64,000 bases of DNA from Eledone cirrhosa (lineage: Eukaryota). The position numbers were made by a program, and so were the translations under genes. The stretch is from positions 343,790,001-343,854,000 of the forward strand of contig OZ024741.1 in the NCBI GenBank assembly GCA_964016885.1, given 5' to 3'. Below are positions 39,074 to 52,466 of the stretch, in pieces (positions within the stretch are counted from its first letter, which is position 1; every line of letters starts with the position of its first letter). The notes beneath the pieces were generated by a model. It searched no databases, was not told where the DNA came from, and was given only the letters and a program-made list of their open reading frames with translations.

Positions 39074-41795
39074 GAATGCTATGGTTGACGGAGGCTCGGC
39101 TCTGTAAGGTACTGTAAATTTTGAACGCTATAACAATTGTAAATTGTTTAAAACTTATACCAACTTGTAGACAAAAACACCCTCCGCCTCGTGAGAGGGG
39201 TCTTTCTGCCCGTTATTGGGCCCTTCGGGGTTAAATAACTGCTTATTGGGGTTTTGTACCCAATATTTATTTTTAACAAAAAAACAACATGGCTACGAAA
39301 AAGAATTTGCATAGGTCACTCCCACTCATTCCGTCTTCTTTTTCCTCAATCGTCACTACAGCAGAGAGAAGATTGTCTCTCCCCCTCCCTTCTTTAAATG
39401 TGTCTATCTCCCTCCCTTCTCTTTCGCAAGCGACGAAAGAAAAAAAAAGTCTCGTGCAAAGCGTGCAAGGTTTCTCCACGACGACGACGACAGCGACGAA
39501 ACAGGTGTGCGGGAAATACGAAAACCCAGTTCATTCGTCTGACGTCAGGAATAATAGCAGTAGCAGCCGTAATAACAACAGCAACAGTGACAATGAAAAC
39601 AACAGTAGCAGCCGCAACAGCATCACCAGCAGCATAAACAACAACAGCATTAGCAGCAGCAACACCAACAACAACCACAGCAACAGCGGCGGAGGCAATA
39701 GTCGTAGTACCTGCAGCAACAACAAAAGTAACAGCAGCTCTGACGACAACAACAACAACAGCAGCAAAGAAAAATCAATCTCATTTGCAGGTATTGCGAA
39801 AAACTTGGAAACAATCCTCATAACAAATGAGGAATTAGAGGAAGCGAAGAAGATGGTGACAAAGACCGGACACCGAGCAATCTGCAAGGCAGCGGAAAAA
39901 CTTTTCGAAATCCAACAGCACTGTACGGTCACGTACCGTACAGTAAGTACAAAATCCCGTAGGGTGGAAAGAGCCACAGAGGCTCAAATACAAAAAGCCT
40001 TGGGGTCTGTGTGGCAGCGGAAAACGCATATCACCCGAGGAAAAAAATATGCCACCGTAGACGTACTTTTTGCCACACCCCAGGAGGCAAAGGCCCCTAT
40101 CCGTAGTGACCCTAAGGAGCGAGGAAATGGTGTTGGTGCCCTCCTACTGCGGGCAAAAAATTGTGAGGGTCAAACTGACCCACGTCCCCCCCGGGATGGC
40201 CCCTTCTTGGCTGGCCGCGTCTGTCCTCGTCGGAATCGAGGACAAAACAACTGTACTGCAAGTACAGACAAAAGTAAGAGAAGATTGGGTCAGCACCTCC
40301 ATTGAGATGCTAATCCAAACCAACCAGGAGTGCATCGAAGCTATCCCGGATGTGATAGACTTCGATAACGGCACTCAACTGCCCATAAGTGTTGAAGGAA
40401 AACGCCCGAAATGCTTTCGCTGTGGATCGAAGACTCACCTCAGGGCCTTCTGCAACGAGAAGACCCTGAGAAAGGAGACACCCCCCTCCTTCCGAAACCG
40501 GCTCCACGGCTACCAGCAACAGGACAAGCGGCAACCAGGAACGATAGGTCCGTGGCACCCATACCCACGCCACGGAAATCAAAAACAGCAGTAGCAGTGG
40601 AAATATTAACAACAACAACAGCAATACCAAATGCAGCTGCAACAGAGACTCCAGTGCAAACATCACCAACAACAACAAGTGAAAGAGTGGTGCTGGTACC
40701 CCTCCCCGACCTCACAGAATCAGACATGGAGTGTGAGGTGGGAGAGAGATGGCAAAAGGTCGTAAGAAGGCACAAACGCAGAAGCAGCGCATCGTCGCCT
40801 TTGAAAAGGGAGGAAAGAAATGAGAAAAGGGTAAAGTCTACTGCAAAGAGACCCACAGCAGCAACACCACCAACACCATCACCACCCACACTAGCACCAC
40901 CATCACCACCGGCGACAACCCCACCGCCAACAACACCTTCAACACCACCACCACAAGCACCAACATCGCAAACACAACAACAAAACACACACACCCAGCA
41001 ACAACGACAAGAAAATAGCAGAACCACACCCCACCCCCAGAAAAACAAATGCACGGCAATAAATACACACAACAAGAAACTAATGACTTACATAATTGAA
41101 CACACAGACATTTCACAACACGACTACATAATACCAGCACCAATCAAAACGCCAACTAACATAAGACTGATAAAAATAGCACAGAAACAATACACAAACA
41201 TTAAAACGAAATTCCCCAACGCAGTTGGTGATTTCAGGGACCTAGGAGGAACTATCAATCGAAGAGTATATTCAGACATTCTCTTAGAAGAGCCGACGAC
41301 CAGCCGAGGGGACGATTCAACGGTCCCTTCACCAGACGATCAAGTGAAAAGGGATGTAAAAACCATCCCTCCTCTACCAAAAGTACGGTAAGTGGTCTTT
41401 CCCATCTTTTCCACTCTATTTTAAACATGACCTCACTCAGAATAGGCAGCATAAATGCGCGTGGCTTGGGGTCGTCATGGAAGCAGGGTCACCTGCTCAA
41501 CGACCTCAGGTCACTAAACATAGATGTAGTGGCCATCAGAGAGACCAGAATATCCGAAGCACGGGCCTTCGCACCGATCTTCGGCGGCTACGATGTGTAC
41601 GCATCTCCCAGGCGTCCTGGATCGGGGGGAGGAGTTGCTGTGCTTTTTCGGAGAGGTTTGTATCTCGCCATACAGGCCATCTTCCTGGACCCAGAGGGTA
41701 AGCTGGTGGTGCTGGACGTGACCAGCGGAGATGGGCAAGCTTTCAGGCTAGTGGCCGTCTATGCCCCGACAGGAGAAGGGCGGCCTGATTTCTTC
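39073..41795 (+). mobile_element. Tx1-family element 5' half (5' UTR, frameshifted ORF1, start of APE), 3'-deleted
   Basis: ORF1 pieces across 39289-41391 with CFRCGSKTHLRAFC; ORF2 from 41427 to RPDFF. Confidence 0.88.
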
Positions 41796-44700
41796 AAAGC
41801 CTTACTAAACTTAATGGACTCTATTCTAATCGCTATTTTCAGAGCAAACCACCACTTGTTGTTGACGATGGCCCCCGTCAACGCGCGCTTAACTAGTTCG
41901 CTAATCCGGTCTCTGTAGGCCTTGCGATCTGGTAAGGACGCGTTTAGCTTCCAGTAGCCGGATCCTCGTCTATGACGCCTATCTAAGTCAAGCACACAGA
42001 TCACGAATTTGTGGTCCGTGTAGCTGACTATCTTGAATTGTGAACAGCCTATGCTAGACCTATCTATTTCCCTACAAACTACTCTATCTAGATATGATCT
42101 GGATGACCATATGCGATTTGTCCAAGTCCACATTGGCACATTTGGGATATTCCAATCGGTACCTGTCAGACAGTTCAAAACGCCTGAGCAGGTTGGTGAG
42201 GCTCTTGCACCCTCCTCCCCTATCCGCTAATCCCACTCTGTCCCAGCATGCATCTAAGATCCCGTTCCAGTCGCCCACTAACACTAAAGTGCGGGACGTT
42301 CCAAGAAAGGATTCCTGACGCCGGAAGAAATCAGGCCTTCCTGCTCCTGTCGGGGCATAGATGGCCACTAGCCTGAAAGCTTGCCCGTTTCCGCTGGTCA
42401 CGTCCAGCACCACCAACTTACCTTCTGGATCCAGGAAGATGGCCTGTATGGCGAGATCCAAACGTCTCCGAAAAAGCAGAGCAACTCCACCCCCCGATCC
42501 AGGACGGCTGGGAGATGCGTACACATCGTAGCCGCCGAAGATCGGTGCGAAAGGCCGTGCTTCGGATATTCTGGTCTCTGTGATGGCCACTACATCTATG
42601 TTTAGTGATCCGAGTTCGTTGAGCAGGTGGCCCTGCTTCCATAACGACCCCAAGCCACACGCATTTATGCTGGCTATTCTGAGTGAGGTCATGTTGAAAT
42701 GGAGTGGAAAAGATGGGAGAGACCACTTAACTTACTTTTCGTAGAGGAAGGATGGTTTCTCCATCACTTTTCACTTGATCGTCTGGTGAAGGGACCGTTG
42801 AATCGTCCCCTCGGCTGGTCATCGGCTCTTCTGTGAGTATATCCGAATATATTCTCCGGTTGAGTGTACCTCCTAGGTCTCTGAAATCACCAACTGCGTT
42901 GGGGAATTTCGTTTTAATGTTTGTGTACTGCTTCTGTGCTATTCTTACCAGTCTTATGTTCGTTGGTGTTTTGATTGGTGAAGCATTATGTAGTCGTGCT
43001 GTGAAATGTCTGTGTGTTCACTTATGTAAGTCATTAGTTTCTTGTTGTGTGTATTTATTGCTGTGCATTTGTTTTTCTGGGGATGGGATGTGGTTCTGCT
43101 ATGTTCTTGTCGTTGTTGCAGGGTGTGTGTGTTTTGTTGTTGTGTTTGCGGTGTTGGTGCTTGTAGTGGTGGTGTTGAAGGTGTTGTTGTTTGCGGTGGG
43201 GTTGCCGCCGGTTGTGATGGTGATGCTAGTATGGGTGGTGACGGTGTTGGTGGTGTTGCTGCTGTAAGTCTCTTTGCAGTAACCTTTACCCTTTTTTCAT
43301 TTTTTTCCTCCCTTTTCGAAGGCAACGATGCGCTGCTTCTGCGTTTGTGCCTTCTTGCGATCTTTTGCCATCCCTCTCCCACCTCACACTCCATGTCCGA
43401 TTTTGTGAGGTCGGGGAGGTGTACCAGCTCCACTCTTTCACTTGTTGTTGTTGGTGATGTTTGCAGTGGAGTCTCTGTTGCAGTTGCAGTTGGTATTGCT
43501 GTTGTTGTTGTTAATACTTCCACTGCTGTTGCTGTTCTTGATTTCCGTGGCGTGGGTATGGGTTCCACGGACCTATCCTTCTGGTTGGCGCCTGTCCTGT
43601 TGCTGGTAGCAGTGGAGCCGGTTTCCGAAGGAGGGGGGTTTTCTCCTTTCTCAGGGTCTTCTCATTGCAGAAGGCCCTGAGGTGACTCTTCGATCCACAG
43701 CGAAAGAATTTCGGGCGTTTGCCCTCAACACTTATGCCGTTATCGAAGTCTATCACATCTGGGATAGCTTCGATGCACTCCTGGTTGGTTTGGATTAACA
43801 TCTCAATGGAGGTGCCGACCCAATCTTCTCGTACTTTTTTATGTACTTGCAGTACAGTTGTTTTGTCCTCGATTCCGACGAGGACAGACGCGACCAGCCA
43901 AGTAGGGGCCATTCCGGAGGGGACGTGGGTCAGTTTGACTCTCACAATTTTTTGTCCGCAGTAGGAGGGCTCCAACACCATTTTCTCGCTCCTTAGGGTC
44001 ACTAAGGATTGAGCCTTTGCCTCCTGGGTTGTGGCAAAAAGCACGGCCACGGTGGCATATTTCTTGCCTCGGGTGATATGCGTTTTCCGCTGCCACACAG
44101 ACCCTAAGGCTTTTTGTATTTGAGCCTCTGTGGCTCTTTCAACCCTACGGGATTTTGTGCTTAGTGTACGGTACGTGACCGTACAGTGCTGTTGGGTTTC
44201 GAAAACCTTTTCGGCCGCTTTGCAGATTGCTCGGTGTCCGGTTTTCGTCACCATCTTCTTTGCTTCCTGTAATTCCTCATTTGTTATAAGGATGGTTTCC
44301 AGGTTCTTTGCGATACCTACAAACGAGATTGCTTTTTCTTTGATGTTGTTGTCGTCACAGCTGCTGTTACTTTTGTTGTTGCTGCTGGTACTACGACTGC
44401 CGCCGCCGCTGTTGCTGTGGCTGTTGTTGTTGTTGCTGCTGCTGCTGTTGTTGTTGTTGTTGTTGCTGCTAATGCTGTTGTTGTTTATGCTGCTGCTGAC
44501 GCTGTTGCGGGTGCTACTATTGTTTTCCTTGTCACTGTTGTTGCTGTTATTACGGCTGTTATTACGGCTACTGCTATTATTCAAGACGTCAGACGAATGA
44601 AATGGATTTCCGTATTTATCGCACACATTTTTCGTCGTTGTCGTCGTCGCGGAGAAATGTTCCACGTTTTGCACGTGCTCTCGGAAACTATCAGAAACTA

Positions 44701-45085
44701 CATTTTTCTTTTTCTTTACTGGCGTCGCTTGCGAAAGAGACGGAAGGGAGAGAGACACATTTAGAGAAGGGCGGGAGAGAGACAATCTTCTCTCTGATGT
44801 AGTGACGATTGAGGAAAAAGAAGACGGAATGAGTGGGAGTGACTTGTGAAAATTCTTTTTTGTAGCCATGTTTTTTTTTTGTTTAAAGTAAATATTGGGC
44901 ACAAAACCCCAATAAGCGGTTACTTAACCCCGAAGAGCCAAATAACGGGCAGAAAGACCCCTCTCACGAGGAGGAGGGTGTTTTTTTCTACAATTTGGTT
45001 AAAGTTTTAAACAATTTAGAATTGTTATAACAGTTAAAAATTACTATACCTTACAGACCCGAGCCTTCGTCAACCATGGCATTCA
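41796..45085 (-). mobile_element. Second, inverted Tx1-family 5' half (ORF1 plus complete but frameshifted APE), 3'-deleted
   Basis: 43511-44902 and 42954-43568 mirror ORF1; 42084-42692 and 41796-42178 give the APE (GDWN, YLD, TDH, GYWKLN). Confidence 0.88.
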
Positions 45086-45229
45086 GTAATAATAATAATA
45101 ATAATAATAATAATAGTAGTTATAGTAGTAATAATAATATATGTGAAGACTAAAATATATATATGTATGTATGTATGACATTACAAAGGGGCATCAGTGA
45201 AGCTATAGTATAAATAATGCCGTTAAGAG

Positions 45230-45640
45230 AATTGCTAGAAAGATATAAATTCACACGAGAATTAAACACTTAGCTAAACGTGAAATCTTTATTAACCTAA
45301 AGATCAACAAAGCTGACTTCATTCACAAATATAGCTACAGATAACTGAACACTGCCAGAACTGAATTAGGACTAGCCAGTAAGAATATATTGAGAGATAC
45401 TAATGTGCACATTAGAAAAATTCCGGTTGTCTTCAGATAGAACAACACAATGTCTGTGATATCTTGGTCCAGAGAAAACCTCTCCAAAAATAGAAATAGA
45501 TTCACACAGTTTGACATAGTGGTTCTTACGTCTCGATAACTAGAATAATTTTAATTAACGCTTTAAATTTCTCTCGAAGATTTAATTATATTAATGATCA
45601 AGAAATAGAAAATCATTGTATACATCCGTAAAGCCCTGCG
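45230..45640 (+). pseudogene. Degenerate PLE RT fragment
   Basis: ARTELGLASKNIL..NNTMSVISW..FTQFDIV parallels SKSDIGKISKYIL..NTHEAIRWF..FIQFDI of the PLE at 62 kb. Confidence 0.65.
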
Positions 45641-46379
45641 TTGATAGGAAGCCCCTGTTAAAACAGAGCTGTTGTAGAAAATGGTTCCTAAGATAATGTT
45701 CAAGCTACACCAAAGAACTCTCTAATGAATAGATCTAGGAATAGTCCTTGGAAAATTAGATGGGACATTCCTCCTGACACCCTCAAGTAGGTACGAAATT
45801 CCTAGAATTAATAGATAACCCCCGCCTTAGCACAGACATTGGAGGATTTTCAGTAGACACTCCGTTAAGATCAGTTACCCATGTGGGCCTACAATGGAAT
45901 CGATGATAAATGCAAGACATACACACAGAGCGGACCCAGGATAATCTTGCAGAATAAAATATGAATGACTTCTGCAACAAGCTTGTAACATTTTATATGA
46001 ACCCGAAATTACACCAGAGAACACCCACCAAGCACTGAGCAGGAACGGATATGTGGACATGGTACAAGACATATTTAAGCACATTTTTTACTGACACCCT
46101 GGAATGACAAACACAGCCATTGCACCTGATTGGGATCATGCAATCTTCTCAGACCATGATCCCATATATATAAATGAGGTATGGTGTTTCGAAGTTATGT
46201 CAATTTTCTTTTTTCTTTTCTTTTATTTATTCCGTATCGTAGCATTGTGTAACATTCTGTATGTATTCGTATATGTAAGTATGTATATGTGCATGTATAT
46301 ATATATATCAATCTATCGATCAATCTATGTCTATTTCTCTTTCATACATAAATGCGTAAATATGTGGCCATATATACAG

Positions 46380-46491
<112 letters not shown>

Positions 46492-46564
46492 ACATATTAT
46501 GTATGCTTTCGTATCTAGATATCTGTATATGTACATATATATATATATTATTTATTAATATATA

Positions 46565-46670
<106 letters not shown>

Positions 46671-46994
46671 TATATTGTTCTATATAATAATATAGCTTTT
46701 TTATTGTACTGATTCCGTGTTCTGATTTTATGTTTCATTTCTATGTTCCGCCATGTTTGTACCCTACTATCTCACTTTTAATATCCTCTTTTTCCACCAT
46801 TTACTCCCCCTCTCTCTCTCTCCCTCACTCCCTCTCTCTCCCACTCTCTTTCTCCCTTCCTATCTCTCTCTCTCTCGCTCTAATTCTCTCTCACTCTTTC
46901 TTTTGTACTCTTTTGTAAGTCTTTTGTACTTGTTGTAAGTCTTGCAATGTTGGTGCTGCTTTTGGATCTGGTTCTAGTGCAAGCAATCGGTAAT

Positions 46995-46995
46995 T

Positions 46996-47029
<34 letters not shown>

Positions 47030-47251
47030 CAGCAGTAGTAGTAGTAGTAGTAGTAGTAGTAGTTGTTGTTGTTGTTGTTGTTGTTGTTGTAATAATAGTA
47101 TTAGTAATATTAGTAGTAGTAATAGTAGTAGTAGTAGTAGTAGTAGTAATAGTAGTAGTAGTAGTAGTAGTAGTTGTAATAGTAGAAGTAGTAGTAGTAG
47201 TGGTATTGTTATCATTATTTTTTTAGTAGTAGTAGTAGCAGCAGCAGTAGA

Positions 47252-47310
<59 letters not shown>

Positions 47311-47404
47311 AGTAGTAACAGATGTTGTTGTTGTCGGTTTTGTGTAAGTGATGTGGTTGACGGCGATGTGGTTTTTACATATTTTCATGATTTTTATTTC
47401 ACCG

Positions 47405-47458
<54 letters not shown>

Positions 47459-47482
47459 TTTATCTTCATTATTATTATTATT
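46995..47482. repeat. (TAG)n/(TTG)n/(CAG)n/(TTA)n compound microsatellite
   Basis: Direct reading. Confidence 0.9.
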
Positions 47483-47826
47483 CCATCTTGTTTTCTCGGT
47501 TTATCGATTTGAACCTGTGACTCGTGTAATAATCGAATATTCTGGAAAATAAGCGAGATTGATGATTTTTTTCCAAAGATCTGACGTTCAGAGCAGAGCA
47601 GAACAGATTTTAAAAAATACTTTTTTTTGACACCTTTTGAAAGTATTTGTTTTTGATTTGCTTTCGTTGTAACACCCACACACACGCACACACTGACACC
47701 CACACATACAGACGCATACACATACACATACGTACACACACACACACACATATATATGCATACATACGTATATATATTATATATGTATATATATATATAT
47801 ATATATACATATATACACACACACAC

Positions 47827-47945
<119 letters not shown>

Positions 47946-48244
47946 TATGTATATATGTATGTATTTCTGTTTTCTATTTGAAATATGCAAATGAATTTCT
48001 CCAGCAGCTGATCACGGAAAATACTATATATATTATAGTCTATTCCATGTCAATGTGTTCCGAGTGGATGTCGGTGATGAAAGATTAACAAATCTTGAAA
48101 CCGTGCTGTCTGATATTCTCAGAATATACTGGTAACTTACTGATATATTCATAGAGGAAAATAATGAAATATTTTCTTTTCATTTCGTTTCGTTTTCGTT
48201 AAGAAAATTTTTTTTCTTCGACAGCAAGACTAACTACATATTTA

Positions 48245-49055
48245 TCTATATATATAAAACTGAGGATGTGTGCGTGTCTGTGTATGTCCGTATCCACATA
48301 ACTTCTACAGTTTGCAACCGATTTTCTTCAAATTTGGGAAAAACATGCGTTATGTTCCCTGAGGTGTTGTGGACTCGTAAAATCTGTTCTCTAATGCGGC
48401 CCCTAGGTGGGCGAAGGCTGTCTCGGGATCACCGTGACAATCACGTCACTTGTGCGAAAATTAAATAATTGTTGGTTAACATTTTACTCATCTTAGTGTG
48501 TTACGTCCTCTTTCCTTGGATAATGCCTCCCAGGAAGAGATTGACCATTGGTCGAGAAACGGCGAATGTACACAGAGTACACTGCAATTAGACGATTGCA
48601 AGATGCTGAACGTAAAGCTACTGCAAGAGCGTTAGAAAACTACGAGCAACGTTGTTTTTAAGACATAAGTTACTTATGTACGCCGGGTGGTCATGGGCAC
48701 TTTCATATTTCCAGATATTGATTATAGGGCCCCCGGGGGCAGATAACCCTCTTTAACCGCTTCCTTGGTGTCGACTGAAGCACTGCAGTGAAATGCAACA
48801 TAACGTCATAACTTCTGGAGATCGAACCAAGTTTCACCAAATTTGACACATGGGCTACGTATGTTCTACATATGAATTTGGACGCTCGGAATTGGCACAT
48901 ATTGAGTAGGAGACTCCTTGGGGCAGGAACCCGCTTTTGGAAAAAACCCGATAATGTTGTACAAGTGTAGCTTTCGAAGCAGCACTGAAGTATTGACATG
49001 AATGCTATACATGACTGCTATTTAATACACGAGCAACGCCGGGTAACTCTGCTAG
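48245..49055 (+). mobile_element. Non-autonomous Helitron
   Basis: A|TC start, 3' ACACGAGCAACGCCGGGT hairpin then CTAG|T; internal ERKATARALENYEQR may be a RepHel N-terminal remnant. Confidence 0.78.
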
Positions 49056-49302
49056 TTGTATATAAACGTATTATATATGTTTTATACGTCTTCATATATA
49101 CCTCTATGAATGAAACGTTCTAATCATGTAGACCTAATTTCTATATATTATAGATATGCCTATACTCTACCAATATACTGAGTACGTTTCTTAACTGTTG
49201 TTACACGCCGAGACAACTCGCGAATCAACTCACATACACACACACACACACATATATATATATACATACATACATACGCACGTGCACGCACACACACACA
49301 CG

Positions 49303-49364
<62 letters not shown>

Positions 49365-49520
49365 AATACATACTCCGCTTGAAGACAGTGTGAGACTCCT
49401 CATTCTGAGACTGCTGGAATTTCAAATTTGGCGGTCATTCTGATACGGAGAGAGACAACCGCTGACATGGGATTAAAACATCGGTAAGAAAATTGTTTTT
49501 ATGTCGATGTTTGACGGGCA

Positions 49521-49642
49521 TCCACTGATGATTTATAAGTGCCCACCTGCATATATTCCTACGGAATGTTGTGAAGGCTTCTACATAACCCGGACACATT
49601 CTCCCAACTTGTAGAAAACTTATAATGAAACAATTGTTTGGA
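49521..49642 (+). ncRNA. Type I hammerhead ribozyme motif with ~77 nt insert in loop II
   Basis: UCCA-CUGAUGA-U-UUAUAAGU..ACUUAUAA-U-GAAA-CAAUUG-UU-UGGA. Confidence 0.7.
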
Positions 49643-49830
49643 AAAGGAGATATATTTTAATTATGTCTCATATAAAATAATACTACTGGTCTTCCGCAAA
49701 ATACATATAGTTAAGACTCCAAACGTAAAATTGGGATTATACCAAGGTATATCCTAATGTTTGTTGAGTGAGATGGAAGCCAGTCAGAGTATAGCTTAAG
49801 GCTTTCTCTGTTAATGTATTGAATATATAC

Positions 49831-49902
<72 letters not shown>

Positions 49903-49936
49903 CTGTTCTATATTTTTGAGACGAGGAATTATTTAC

Positions 49937-50118
49937 ATTATATACATTGGACGGATAGGTGTCCTCATTTTGTTTTGTTGTTGAGTACAATTCTAGGCAG
50001 TGACCTGAAACAACGTTAATAATAACATCACTGGGACACCTGATGAAGGCTGGAGAGTACATCAGCCGAAAAGTTGTGTTAACAACAAAACGAGATGAGG
50101 ACACCTATCCGTCCAATG

Positions 50119-50126
<8 letters not shown>
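49937..50126 (+). mobile_element. 190 bp element with 46 bp inverted ends and an internal HHR
   Basis: 49937-49982 is the reverse complement of 50081-50126; lies between (TA)n tracts. Confidence 0.7.
50035..50080 (+). ncRNA. Type I hammerhead ribozyme motif
   Basis: GACAC-CUGAUGA-A-GGCUG..CAGCC-GAAA-AG-UU-GUGUU. Confidence 0.65.
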
Positions 50127-50192
<66 letters not shown>

Positions 50193-50287
50193 GTGGAACA
50201 CTGGAAGGTAATATCCGTAGTGGTAGAGCACTCAGTCCAAGGGACGAGTTAGTTAGAAGTGGTTACACAACAGTTAGTTCACCATAG

Positions 50288-50325
50288 CGAGAACAATTGT
50301 TTCACCTTCGCGGATCTTCAGCTCG
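50288..50325 (-). ncRNA. Minimal type I hammerhead ribozyme motif
   Basis: CGAG-CUGAAGA-UCC GCGAA GGU-GAAA-CAAUUG-UU-CUCG. Confidence 0.75.
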
Positions 50326-51269
50326 GGATGTGTATGGTTATAGGAAGAGGAAGGACAACCGTACGAACGCGCATGCGCAGACACTCGGTCACTTCACACA
50401 GGCAATACTAGACTGCGTGCGGGAGGTGTAAGGGAGATAACTGCGAAAGTCCGAAAAGTTTTTAGGTTGAAAATAAAATAAAAAAAATAAAAAATAAAAG
50501 AACAAAGAATCAGTCCGGAGCCTTGTAGTTACGCAATAGATGTTTGGTGACGTGTGGACAACGTGTGAAAAATTCACTTCCCGTGTTTAGGCAATCACTA
50601 TATATATATATATGTGTGTGTGTATGTATGGCAGATGATTGGGTGCTTATACGTGGGTGTTACCCTGTAAAGTCGTGATGAAAAGCCGGTTCAAGCAACT
50701 CCAAAACACTTCATGTCAGCAGTTGGTGATTAGGAGTGATGGAGTATCCATTTACTAATTAAAAGTTGTTAATTCGGTGTTACTTGACCATAATTGATTT
50801 ATTGCATAATGGAAATTGTGTATCATGGTTATGCAGGTAACCTCATCAAATACACATACAATCATCAGATGCAGTTATGCAATCATAGGGATATGTTGCT
50901 AGTCATGTATTACCCTTCATGGTTCGCCATTACAATAACATCAAATTAGCGAACCTCTCCGAATCAAATCTGTTATCTATCCTCTAATTGAGTTTGCCCT
51001 AATCATGTAATCAATTAACACATTTTACAATCCGATCTTGATGAACTGGCCTATGTCTTGTATCATGATATGATGATATAAGTAGACCATTGAAATACGT
51101 ATAGTGTTTTCGCAAATTAACACTTGAAAGAATGTTTCCTGTCCGACCTTCTGTTGTTTTGAAATGGTATTTAACTCCGTTCCGTTCCTGCAACATCCAT
51201 GGGATATCACATGTACGATGGATGATTTGCATAACCTTGAGTGCTTTAATTTATAATTTATGTCATCAG

Positions 51270-51900
51270 GGTTTTCATTTTGTGTGTGTTTTCATTTTGT
51301 CCTTAATTGTAAGTTGTTTGTTCTATGTGTGTGTGTGTTTTCATTTTGTCCTTAATTGTAAGTTGTGATGTTGCTGTTCCACTCATATTTTCTATTTAAT
51401 TTTGGTTTTAATTCTTTTATGCTTACTGCCTCTGTAATTTGCCTAAACATTGCGTCTTTTCACAAAATGAAAACACACACAGGACAAAATGAAAACACAC
51501 ACACACATAGAACAAACAACCAACCAACAATAAATAAATAAATAAATAAACAAATAGAAAAATGAACACAAACACACACAGACACCCGGATGTGGCGCAT
51601 GCGCAAACTGAGCACACAACACACACACAGAAACAAAATGGCGTAGGATAGAAGAAAGGAAAGGCACAGAAACGAAGAAAGGAATCCCCAGTCACTGAAG
51701 AGGTTACAGAGTGTGTGACGAAAGGACTATGACTATATATAAACAACTATCTGGTTGTGGAACCAACCAACCAACCAGAAATTTATAAGTTTGTAAATTT
51801 GTAAATTTATAAATTTATAAATATATAATAAATTGAAGTGAAAGCAACTGGTGCGTGTGTTTCTTATTGGCAACACGACCTTCCCAAAGTATAACAATAT
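51270..51900 (+). mobile_element. PLE 3' end with inverted, rearranged 5' segment
   Basis: 51463-51900 matches 20303-20740; 51270-51460 is an inverted patchwork of about 20190-20355. Confidence 0.8.
51690..51734 (+). ncRNA. Type I hammerhead ribozyme motif (paralogue of 20529-20573)
   Basis: AGUCA-CUGAAGA-G-GUUACA GAGUG UGUGAC-GAAA-GGAC-UA-UGACU. Confidence 0.72.
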
Positions 51901-51911
51901 ATAACAATATA

Positions 51912-51967
<56 letters not shown>

Positions 51968-51972
<5 letters not shown>

Positions 51973-52466
51973 AATTAAGTTAAAAATGTACATCCACATA
52001 TGTATACTGAAATACTAGTATGCATATGAATACACACACGTATACATATGTAGATGTACCAAGTCTTTCACTGGTTACTTTACTGTGAGTATCCAGCTAT
52101 TCTGTATGTAAACACACAGACAAACCGATTTTTAGAGAAAAAGCATATAACGATATGTGCTTTTACGATTCTCCAGAAAGGCCGGTAGATAGGTAAATAT
52201 TGCTGATGAGTTGTAACAACAACGAAACTAGTTCAATATTCCTTGTCTGGCTTTCTGGAGAATAGGGGAAAGGTGTTTCCTCAAAAACCAGTATGACTCT
52301 AAAAACCGGTTTGTCTGTGTGTTTACATACAGAATAGCTGGATACTCACAGTAAAGTAACCAGTGAAAGACTTGGTACATCTACATATGTATACGTGTGT
52401 GTATTCATATGCATACTAGTATTTCAGTATACATATGTGGATGTACATTTTTAACTTAATTGTTTA
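51968..52466 (+). mobile_element. 499 bp element with 170 bp inverted arms around an HHR-containing spacer
   Basis: 51968-52137 is the reverse complement of 52297-52466. Confidence 0.8.
52168..52263 (+). ncRNA. Type I hammerhead ribozyme with extended stem I (core 52196-52240)
   Basis: AAUAUUG-CUGAUGA-GUUG UAACAA CAAC-GAAA-CUAG-UU-CAAUAUU; outer AUUCUCCAGAAAG pairs with CUUUCUGGAGAAU. Confidence 0.85.

Noticed and set aside
39175-39235. HDV-like ribozyme in the Tx1 5' UTR (CCTCGTG motif)
   Set aside because: Only a simple hairpin is evident; the nested double-pseudoknot pairings could not be assigned
51200-51275. Additional HHR on the minus strand (CUGAUGA-CAUAA..UUAUG-CAAA)
   Set aside because: GAAA is mutated and there is no convincing stem I or III
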